Below, in pieces: positions 28,867 through 40,408 of a stretch of 64,000 nucleotides of DNA. The notes beneath the pieces were generated by a model, which saw only the letters and a program-made list of their open reading frames with translations, was not told the DNA's origin and did not search any database. The DNA comes from Epiperipatus broadwayi (lineage: Eukaryota; Animalia; Onychophora), in NCBI GenBank assembly GCA_028023455.1, contig JAQFVV010000008.1:5022001-5086000 (forward strand). The letters run 5' to 3'. Numbering within the stretch: the first letter of the stretch is position 1; each line of letters opens with the position of its first letter. The position numbers and the translations under genes were made by a program.

Positions 28867-29318
28867 GAAATTAATATTGTCTATAAAAAGTAATTGTTAA
28901 ATATATTATCTCATTTACATAATTGATAAAGTTATTGTCATATTTGCATACAAATCATCAATATTTCCATATATTGAAATAATAAATTAATAGGATTACA
29001 ATAAGAAGAAGAATTTTGAAAGTATAGACACATTAATCTTTTATAAACTTTTGTTAATTCTTTATGTAATGTAGAAGAGTTAGATAAGAATATTTTTACA
29101 GTAAAATATAGTCATGTGATCTAATAAAAAAGGTCAACAATCAAATAACATGCTAAATACCCTTTTCCACTTATTTGAGCAAAATGTTTTTTTTTTAATT
29201 TTTACTTTTTTTCTGCAACAAATCAATTCTTAACCTTTAGCTTTTGATTTCACTATTCTACTATTGCACTAAACTGCACAATGCAAGAGATCATGTACAT
29301 GTGAGAATATTGCATATA

Positions 29319-29511
29319 AGTAAATAAGCATTTATTTTATATAATGCTATGCATACAATTGTATTACATTCAAAGATCAGCCTTTCAAGCTAATTGTGCA
29401 TGCGTCTTCATAAATACTATATCTTGTATTGTAGAGTGAAGTATTCATTTATTATTTAACACTCACAGAAGACGCATGCACAATTAGCTTGAAAGGCTGA
29501 TCTTTGAATGT
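29319..29511. mobile_element. Fold-back insertion, family D
   Basis: Identical 48-bp arms 29362-29409 and 29468-29515, tail 29319-29361, 13-bp TSD aatattgcatata (29306-29318 and 29512-29524). Confidence 0.9.
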
Positions 29512-30605
29512 AATATTGCATATACAAAACGTATATAAAGATTTTAATTCTGCTTGGCATATGTTAGTTAATACATTGGAAAGTGAAAAAAGTTTAAAGA
29601 TTTATATTGTTATTACTAAAAAAAAAAAAAAAATACTTAAAAATTTAAAGAGAAAATAAATTTTTAAAAGTATTAAAGAAATTTTAAAAGTAGCCATATA
29701 GATTTGTGAATGTTTTTTGTTATGTCTATAACAATGTTTGATAAATTGTTGATCAAGAATTTGAAAATTAACATTCAACCACTTTGTAAAATAGGCTTCA
29801 GAATAAATTTAATTAAAAATAAAGTTATTATTAACTATTTATTAAAGCAGAGACACTGTAATGAATAAAAAAATGAAGTAGATTGTTATTTATGTTTAGC
29901 CTAGTTAATATTAACTAAAGCAAATAAATAAAAAAAATACATGAAGTAAATTCAGTTTAGTTATGTAATAAATAATTGTATTTTTTGTGTGCTCCAATAT
30001 ATTTAGTTATGTATTTCTTTTTTATTTATCAATATTTAAAAATTATAAAATTGGTGCTCATAAATCTTAATGTTTATGATATAATTTAAGATTCAAATGC
30101 TAGAACAAATTATGGCCATCACAAACTACCACTGACTAGTATTATCCTGTGCTCACAAAACTAAGAACTCATAACTCAATTTGTTCTCATGTGGAGAACA
30201 TTGCCTACATATGCATGAATCTTTATACTGTTCAAATTTTTACTACATTTTATGTAAGCAAGAAGCTTAGATTTCTGGTGTCATATTTTATTAATATTTT
30301 CAATTCACAATATTTCCTTTAATGAAAAATTATTTTTCTATATGCATAAGTTAGAACTCAGACATTAAAGGGTTTAAACTGTTTGAAGGTCTTCTTCATC
30401 TATGTTTATATTAGTTTTATTGAAAATTTGTTCTTGTTTCTTAAATAATTTGATTCTTTCAAATAGATGAAAATTATTTTGAAATTAAATGAATTTGTAA
30501 TTAAAATGTTATTCTAATAAATATTTATGATTATTAATTATACAATAAGTTGCCCCTCAACTACTATGACCCATAAGAATTATACAGTTACTACTATCAG
30601 TATCA

Positions 30606-31015
30606 GCATTTATTTTATAACGTCTTGCGTGCGATTATAATTACGATAGAATGACAGCCTGTTAAGCTAATTGCGCAGACACTGTGAGAATGTTATTAAT
30701 AAATGAATACCTTCGAACAACCACATGATATAGTATTTGTGTAAGAGTAAAAAGGAATCCTCCTACCCTTACGACTCAAATGTTTATATATGAGCAAATC
30801 TAAAGTAGTTGTAAGTGACTATTATGTAGTCACGCCTTCGTTACAACTACTTTAGATTTGCTCATATATAAACATTTGAGTCATAAGGGTAGGAGGATTC
30901 TTTTTTACTCTTACACAAATACTATATCATGTAGTTGTTCGAAGGTATTCATTTATTAATAACATTCTCACAGCGTCTGCGCAATTAGCTTAACAGGCTG
31001 TCATTCTATCGTAAT
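30606..31015. mobile_element. Fold-back insertion, family D, long arms
   Basis: 177-bp arms 30638-30814 and 30841-31017 with 4 transition mismatches by eye, tail 30606-30637, 14-bp TSD tactatcagtatca (30592-30605 and 31016-31029). Confidence 0.9.
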
Positions 31016-32056
31016 TACTATCAGTATCATAAATAACAAAAAAAGGCCATTTTTGAGATTATATATAATTTTAATTAAAATGAATTAACACTTCCATGTT
31101 TCATAAAAGGAATTTTAAAAAATATAAATTTATGTTATTTACAAAATGAATGTATTTCACTAATCATTAATTATACAGTTTTGCCCCAACTTCTTAATGT
31201 ATTTGACAGAAATTAAAAGCATTAAAAGTGCAAATATTTTACAAAAAAAAAAATAGCATTTTCTTTATGATTAAAATTCAGTATAAGATTAAATTTGTTA
31301 CATAAATGTGTTAATGCTGATTGCTACTACAATAAATTTACTGTAAACAACTATGCAGAATATAATCTACAAATGATACTCTGCATCTAACAATACAAAG
31401 AAATTACTCAAATGCACACAATTCTCTATTCGTGTATTTTAAATTGACATCTGACAAATTTATGTGTTAGTAGGTGATATCTGACATAAAAGTTGAAAGT
31501 TAAATATGGGTTTGGGATACAGATGTATTTTAAGTTATTTTAGTGTTTTACAAGTGAATACACTGACCATAAAATCAGATTTTGGTATAACTATCTTTTT
31601 TAAATCTTTCTAATTGATGTCAGTTGTATATAAGTATACTTTTTTCAGTTTAGGTATACTATGAATCATTAACATAAAATTCACTACCTATATAAATTTT
31701 ATATAGAGAATTGAGTGTATCAGATCACAGATTTCATAGTCTAATAATACTCTCCATCACTACACCCATAACAAATAAGATAAATGTCCTCATATGCATT
31801 TAACAATATTTGGCAACATATGTTTCTAGATATGTCTAGAGAGCATAATATTTTAATAATTTCATGACTATTGCAATAAAGATTTTAATCTGGTCAATTG
31901 GTTTAGATGTCAGAAAATGAAAACATATATATTTTTCATTTATCATGATATTATTTTAGAGGTTTCTTATTTATGTTTGTAAAATGTAGTTGGCATTTCT
32001 AAAAATCTTCAGAGGTAGCTTCAGGAAGATATTACCATACTATTTAGACAATTGAT

Positions 32057-32145
32057 ACATATATATGTGGTCATGTGTATTGGTTTTATAAGATGGGAGT
32101 GGATGACTAAAGGGAGCTTGAAAGTCTAGGTTTAAATTCTCTCTA
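32057..32145 (+). repeat. Solo partial copy of family B (a further copy at 34741-34808, minus)
   Basis: Aligns with 45136-45215 (tatgtggtcatgt...taagatgg...gaaagtct). Confidence 0.7.
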
Positions 32146-33325
32146 GTGATATATATTACATCATACTTTTATAAACATGTGGTATGTGATAACAATATTA
32201 GTTAAAATGTCAACTTTTTAAATTAAAGTACAGAATTTGTGTCTTGGTTAGAGTGTTACTATCTAACCAGATTTAAAGTGAGATAAAAGCTCATTGTTAG
32301 TCAACAAATAGATAAAAATCATTGAGAGTATATAATGACAAGATAATGTCAAGGAGTCAAATCTATACATTATTCAAGCAAATTAATTTGAGTTTAAAAC
32401 TTTAAGCTGATTGAATTTCAGATTGTTAACTTGAACGATAAAATGGAGTTAAAGATGGTTTCTAAATGCATAATTGAATTATTTTTACTTTTAAATTACA
32501 AGAAGCAAAAACTACAAAACTAGTCTTAGGATGGGGATTCAAAATGTAGTAGGTTATCTAGTAATCATTAACTTTTCAAGGTTGCTAAGGAGAGCAGTAG
32601 AATAGAGGAATGTTATTTTAAATTTTATACTTGTTTGCAAATATAATTTTTAAATATATATATTTTCCCTTCAGTATTTTTTTATAAGAATTGATCAGTG
32701 TTGATATAATAAAATATTATTATAAGTCTCTTTAAAAAGAAATTCTTCATAGTAGTTTGCTGCCAAGAATGTCATCAACAATCTTCAGTATTAAATTAAT
32801 CGCTCCAATAGAGACCATGAAGTAAAAAAACAAATTCATTTAAAAAGCAAGGAACAACTAATCAAAATCTAAAAGATAACCTTTGACTTCCCTCCAGATA
32901 AGAAAGAATCAATGAGAAGATCACTAATTCTGTAAGTAAAAGGAGAAAGAAAAAATTACGACAAAGAATGATTTATCGAATAAAAAGCTTTTTGGAAAAA
33001 ATATTCTTAATCTTAGCAAATTTATTATTCAAAAATTATCTTTATAATATTATTCTGACAATCATTATTTATTTATTCTATATATAATTTTTAATGCTTT
33101 AATAGCACGATGTATTTTTTAACTAAAAAATTATTACAACACATAAATAATAGTATTTATATGATCAATTGTTAGAGAGTTCATATGGCATTTATGTGAC
33201 AGGCAAAACGCTTTATTCAATTGGTTAATTAAACCAATGCAATTAATCCAGGAACTTTTAGTCTTGCATCTTCCACTCTTTCCACAGAATTATTTGCAAT
33301 TATTTTTTATATAATGATATTCTAA

Positions 33326-33488
33326 TATTTACTAAGGCAATAAACCTCAAATCATGTGCGCTTGAAAATGCGAAGGTAAGGACCTCTACTTGTGGTTAAG
33401 ACCTGTAGATGTCCCTACCTTCGCATTTTCAAGCGCACATGATTTGAGGTTTATTGCCTTAGTAAATATTGCTTGCGTTAAATAAATT
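33326..33488. mobile_element. Fold-back insertion, family C, short
   Basis: 66-bp arms 33324-33389 and 33405-33470 (2 mismatches), tail 33471-33488, 16-bp TSD tataatgatattctaa (33310-33325 and 33489-33504). Confidence 0.9.
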
Positions 33489-35131
33489 TATAATGATATT
33501 CTAAAGTGAATAATGATACATTCTATAATTTTATTCTAGAGGCATATTTATGAGCATGAGTTGGCAGTATCAGACAAAGCCTTATAAATCTATCTGATTA
33601 GTGAGCTTTGTCAGGAAGAATATTGATCATTTAAATTATTTATATAGTTCTAAAGTGTAGAGATAGATTGAATTACTACTCGGAATATATACTAGAAGAA
33701 TCGTATTTTTTTTCCTAATTGCTATTTAGATGCAATCTGAAGATAGTATTGTTATAACATCTATCACAGTATTCATTGTAAAATTTTCCAATTTAATAAT
33801 GATTGTGTGATGAAGATTAGGAGTGCAATTGATTGTAATAAGTATTATCTATACCTAGATAGATTATAAATGATCTGAAATTTCTTATTCCAATGCTCTT
33901 CTGGATTTGTGAACTTTTCACATTTAAACAATAAACCTTTTCTCCACTTATTATAAACCATAAATTTTGCTGAAAATTTAAATAATTATTAATTTTACTA
34001 CTTGTAATTTATATACATTAAAATACTTTTTACTTAATTCATTCAATAAATTATTTCTGTCTGAACATTTATATGTGTAAGATTAAAATACTTTTTGAAT
34101 ATTTTTTAAAATTATCCTACTAATAACAACATAACATATTAAAATACAGAATATTCATATATTTATATCAGCCCAAATTTTTATAACAGCTGTAATTTTA
34201 TATAGATAATAAAGTTTTTGAATTAAAAGTGTTGTACCAGTGTATTTAAATGTTTAATTTGAACATGAAACCAATATTAACTGATAGTATTATTACTATT
34301 AAATAGTAATAATAAAAAAATGATGCATTATTTCAAAAATATTTAGTATTCATATACATAGTATTCAAGTAAAAAATGTTTGCAGTTTTTTTTTTTTTTT
34401 GTCAAAAACCTTATTTATTTATTATAAATATATAACTTGTGTATAGACACATTTTAGTTTTTATTTAAATTCCATTACTAATTTCATTACTTTTATGTTA
34501 CTATCTCAAAAGATATTTTCCAGAGGGTGGATGCATGGCTTTATGTATTCGAACATTAATAATTGTTGTAATTATAAATTTTATTAAACGCTCACTATTA
34601 TTTCAGTAATAGTTTTAACAAGGCTGTAAACCTTAGCAATGAGCGTCTGAAAAAGGTCTCTGAAATTGGAATTTTAATTTTTTTGCTACTGTTATTTTGA
34701 AATTAATATAATATTGAACACTTATTTTAGTTTTAATTCTAAGGGTTTGAACTCAGACTTTAAATCTCCCTTTTATCATCCACTCCAGCTTATACAACTG
34801 ATACACAATAACATAATGTCTAAAATAATCTATGTGTGTTATGTTTAAATTGATTTAATATTTTTCAGTTGAACTAAAGTATAATTATAATTTTATATTT
34901 GAACTGTGACAAAAAAAAAAAAAAATCAACTGATTATGATCAAGAATAAAAAGAAAAAGAAAATATAAAGCTAAGAAACCTAATGTAATTAAGAAGTATT
35001 TATGTTAAAAAGAAATAGCTTCTGTGATGAACCAAGAATAGTTTTGTAATTGAAAATAATCATTAATTTTACTGGAGTGTTCAAGTTGATATAAAAATAC
35101 AACTCTTAAATTAAGAACTAAAAAGTAAAAA

Positions 35132-36802
35132 GATTGCAAATTTGGTCTAAGGGTCAATGAAGGCAAATCAGCCATGTGGTCCATCATGACAGGGAAGCAA
35201 ATTCTGGGCAGATTTAAAGTGACCCATCAGAGATTTCTTGGTTTCCACCATACCCCCCCTCCTCAGTTATGAGGAGAGACACAGTGATAACCTTACTCTC
35301 GAAGATAAAAAGCATAGTTAGCTTCCTGTCCAAAATTTCTCTATCCTTGTTGGGCAAAGTCGCTTTGCTAAACTCCATTGTGTTGCCTAAGATCACTTAT
35401 TACCTTGTTGGCTTTGCCCCAACCAACACCTTTATTAAGAAGATTGTTACCCTTTGCAGAAGGCTATGCTGGGGAAGATGGGCCTCTGTCATCAGTCTTA
35501 AGCTAATGCAAAAGCCTAAGACCCTGTATGGGTTGGCTTTGCATTCTATCAAAATCCTTCAAATCCAAGAACTCATAACATTCTTGTAAGACTGCTGAAT
35601 ACCCAGTTGAATATTGAATGTCCTATCCCATTGAAAGAGGTAAACCCAACTGATAAACCCTCACTGAAATGCAGGAGCTTCTGGTTCCAGCAACAGGTCA
35701 CGCTCATGTTTAGGAGCATTAAAAATTTGTGCTCCCTGTTTGGCTCCAAGCTCACCTACTGGGATACCTATCACTTAATGTTTGACAAAAAAACCAAAGC
35801 TTCCAATTTACTCCCCATTGCAATTCCCAGGTTTGTGAAATGGACTAAATTCCTGAAGCTCAAGCCCAAATATGTGGACTTCTTGATCAAGGTTAACCTT
35901 GGGGCGCTACCCATGGGGGCATTCCTACACTATCACAGAGGTTATAAAATCAATACCTTATGTCCCATGTGTGACAAACAGGAATAGATCATGGACCACA
36001 TTCTATTTCGATGTGATTCATATTCTGGCCTTTGGAATTTCATGCTGAGGAAAATGAATGTTCCTGACCTATCTGGTGTAATGATCTGGTTGGCCTTTGA
36101 GAAAGGTCTATTCAACGCCATCCATCTGGCAACTTACGTAAACTTTGGAATATGGACCATTAGATGTAAAATATTGTTTGAAAGGGGTTTGACCACTTGA
36201 CTGTAGATCTCTTTGTTAATTTCCTCCATAAGGTTAGAGAAAAAGCTAAGAAAATGTTCCTCCTCATTGGCTGACCAAACTTGAGGTCTGGTTGAGAATA
36301 TAGTGGACAGTCACCAATCACATAGACTTGCATGATTAGGATAGCATTATTTATGGACTTTTACCTCATTTTCCTGTCATTACAACAACAATGGATGAAC
36401 CTAGCCTTATATAATCCTATTATTAAAAGTTGTAGAATTATTTTCAGCTTCCAGATCTTTGTATTCACACAGATTGAAGCCTATCTTTCCATTTTCTGTA
36501 TAAAACTTTCATATTTACACTCAATTTCTATAATTCTGTGATCTAATAATTTAAATTATGTGATATGTTTGATTTAGTGTCTGATCTTTGGTGCAGTTGT
36601 ATTAAATGTTTGCTATACAACCACCTTTTACACCTTAATTATGTTATTTTTATTGTATAACTTCCTTTGTACATATTTCAGAATTTTAAAATGTATCCTT
36701 GTTACCTACAGAATGCAATACCTATGTTCCCATAGTATTTCACATTTTGTTGCATGTGTTATATGGTACCCTTTTCTGTAAATAAAGTTTACTTTTGAAA
36801 TG
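35132..36802 (+). mobile_element. 5'-truncated L1/Tx1-type LINE (end of RT, C-terminal zinc knuckle, 3' UTR)
   Basis: FGLRVNEGKS, RFLGFP, LSLLGKVALLNSIVLPKITY, ISLKLMQKPKTLYGLAL and CPMCDKQE*IMDHILFRC; aataaa at 36781; candidate TSD aaaaagtaaaaa (35120-35131 and 36803-36814). Confidence 0.85.
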
Positions 36803-39770
36803 AAAAAGTAAAAAAAATTTTATTAATATTATAGTGAAAAAATCAAATATTAGTTTTATGCATAGTGGAAAAAAAAAGTTTCATCATGAGTTTCAGGCAA
36901 TGAATAAAAAGTAGTTGGTATAGTTTTTAAAAATGTGATGAAAAATATAATTAATCAGCCTAATTCTGACCTGCATTAACCATGAGATGTAGGAGAATAG
37001 TAGAACATCAAAAATCGTTTGTAAGCAATATTACATCTCACAAATAAGAGGCATTATGTGTTTTTATTTGCAATTTATTGGATATCAAAAACAAATGGCC
37101 TATAAGTTTGTAATTTCTAATTTAAGCAAGGCAATAAAATTTTGTTTTAAATATGAAACTCGGTAAAATTTTAAATTGTTTTCACTTACAGAAACTGTCT
37201 TTGACTTTTTTCAAAAATACAAAAATATTTATTATGATCAAATGCATCTTAATTATTAAGTAATGCATAATAGAATATTTTCAGTGTTAATTGGCAACTA
37301 GGTGCTTTATTTCTCAAACTGTACTTAATACAGTAGCAGAGTCAAATTACTAGAGTTAATCAGAAGGATTAAATTGAAAAAACAATAATATATAATTGTA
37401 TCATGACTCTCATAATAAAGTATGAATGTTGTAATTGGATATATAAACAATAGTTGACAGTCATGTTTTATGTGTTCAACATTTTAGCTCAGATTTCTAG
37501 CACTATATAGTGTATTTTTTCTAGTTTTTAGCTCCTAATTATTCTGAGTACAAATATTGATAATATAGTGATTGTCCAAAAAAGAAACATATTTCTGTCA
37601 TAAGATTTTAATAAACAAATTTTATTCATTATATAGCTTAAAGTGAGAGAAATATAATGTTTAGTTGTAAAGCAATTTAAGTTTTAAGAATTTTATTATT
37701 TTATCCAAACAAATCTAAAATAATAATGAATACATTTTCATTTTATCAAGTGAATATGGATTAATGCTGATATAAATGCTTTTGGATTACGTTATTCAAA
37801 GTACAGATTGCAATAAGATATTAAGTATTAAAGAAAACCAGAACAGAGTATTGTTTTTATTTAACAGTAATAAAGATCTATGATTATGATTTGTTTTCAT
37901 ACTTAATTAACAAAGTAACATGTACTTCTATATTGGATTGGTAAAAAAATTAACTATACTTCTTGATGTAAGAGTAGGCCTCATCACTATTGGCCAGGTG
38001 AGAAGTATGCTTAAATTAATAGAATGTGATTTTTTTTTTGACATTCATAGTAATGGAATAGAATAAATAGTAAGTTTGTGAGTGATGTTTCTTTTTTAAG
38101 ATTATTCATGAACCTTTATTTGAAATAGTCTGATATTGCTGATGCAAGAGCTTAGTTGCTTTTAAAAGTATAATCACATGATTCAGATATACAAATTGCT
38201 AATGAAATGACATTTTCCTCCAATTAACTTAATATTTCAAATATATTAGTGTGAAATTATTAATAAAAGAACTTAATTACCAACTATTAACTACAATTTT
38301 CAAATATTATGAGGATTTAATATAGTCATCATTATTATTACTTGTTCCATATTATTAACATTTTACATTTAACTTGATGACTATTTGTAATTCATAATCA
38401 GATATTTGCCATTTTTCATGTATGTTATTTTAAGTGTGTGTGTGAAACTTTATTTCACAAAATTTTTATTCAAGATAAAAAAATAAATCTTTGAAATTAT
38501 ATTTTTTTATGATTAATTGTCTTCAACATTTGCTGAGCTACTTGACATTACTCACATAAAGTTACTTAGAAATACATTTAGTCTAAATATTTGGTCTTTT
38601 CTCACATATTTCTATTAATCATAGTAGCATGAATCTTATTAAAAACACTTTAAAGTTAAAAATACTATCAAACAAAAAGTAATATGATATTCTAGATATA
38701 AAATAATTTATAATAATAGGAAATGAAACATTTTAAAATAGTGATATTTAATATAAAACTTTTTGAACAATTTGAGGTATTTGTCATTAGATAAAATGAA
38801 ATCTTTGTAGCAAACTCTAGTTAATATAAATAATCTAATTTTCATTCACAAATTTCAGTTTTCTCATGGTTTTTCTTTTTATAGAATAGCCTCATTGCTC
38901 AATTTCAAACTAAATAGTATCCATAACATTGTTTTTTTTAATAATATTATTAATAAAGGGAAATTTTCAATATATGTTAATTTTACATATTGTACATATA
39001 TTTTTTATTGATTTAAAAAATATTTTCCTTAAAACAAAAATTAAATAATATATATATATTTTAAATAAGGCTGTTATATTCCATGAAAAAATTGCTCTGC
39101 AATATACATGCATTTTAAAAATAACTTCTTTCATCAACTGCCATGAAGCAGTGTGAATCATTCATTCAAATATAACAACTGTTTATCTAACGTTAATACC
39201 ATAATGGTAACTCATATGGTATCAAAGCATAAACATTTAACACTAAGGAATATGATTATAAATTAATCTATTTTTATGGTTATATACTAATTGAATCAGA
39301 ATCATAGATTCATATTGTTGAAAACCCTAGTTAAAAAATACAATGCTGAAATATATAATAAATATGTTAAGTATCTTCGATTATTTTAAAATAAATTTGA
39401 AGAGCTGCAACCTCAATCATCGTGCATATTTTTTTTACTATAGCTGCCATACTTCACAAAAAACTGACATTCCAAATTGTCTTTAGTTATTAGATGTTTT
39501 AAAGCACTGCCAAAAATCCATTTAAGTGTAACAGCTAATTCAAGGTGTGATTAAAACAAAAATTGTAATTTTAGATATCTTGAAGAATGGATAAAAAGAA
39601 ATAACACTGAGGGTTAATTGGTAAATGATTTTTAAAAAATTCAAACTTTATTTAAAAATTTTAAATATATTCAACTGTTAATAATAGTGCAAAGTGAATA
39701 TATAACATGTTTGGAGTAGTATTGTTGTTTTCTCTTCAGATGTTGCTCATCTGTCCAGTGATATCATTGG

Positions 39771-39909
39771 CATGAGAATCAAATATGGGTTCTTTAGATT
39801 CATAAATATGGAATTTACGGTTGATGCTTTAACTAACTAAACACCAAAAACTAGTTAGTTAGAGTATCAATCTTAAATTCAATATTTGATCCCAGGTTCA
39901 ATTCCCATG
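39771..39909. repeat. Old fold-back repeat with B-box-like outer ends
   Basis: Imperfect arms 39771-39839 and 39852-39909; right arm ends gatcccaggttcaattcccatg. Confidence 0.6.
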
Positions 39910-40408
39910 GAGAATAATCACATTTAAAATGTTATATAACAACCTGTGTTATATTACTAACAGTTGAATGTATTTGAAAAGTTAAATAAAGTTTGAGTTT
40001 TTCAAAATACATTTACCAATTAATTCTATATGATGGAAATTGTGCCACAAAAAATTACTATTAAATGCTTATATTATAAATTTTCAGAAATACACTAAAA
40101 AGAGGTATATCTCATTTTCGGTTTAATAATTATTTAGAGTATTTGATAAATAAGTTTTAAATAAAAATAATTATTTATACAGAATTGTTCATGAAACAGA
40201 AAGGTAATCAAATATTAGGTAAGATTTATAAAGGTTTTGTTAAGGATTAGAATAAAAACAAAAACAAATAAAACTATCACTTAGAAAATAAGTGGAGATA
40301 AAAATATAAAGTTGTAGTTCTGCATAAAGTTGTAGTTCAAATCAATGCTCAAAAATAATTAAAAATTCATTTATCTGATAACGAAATATATATATATATA
40401 AATTTGCA

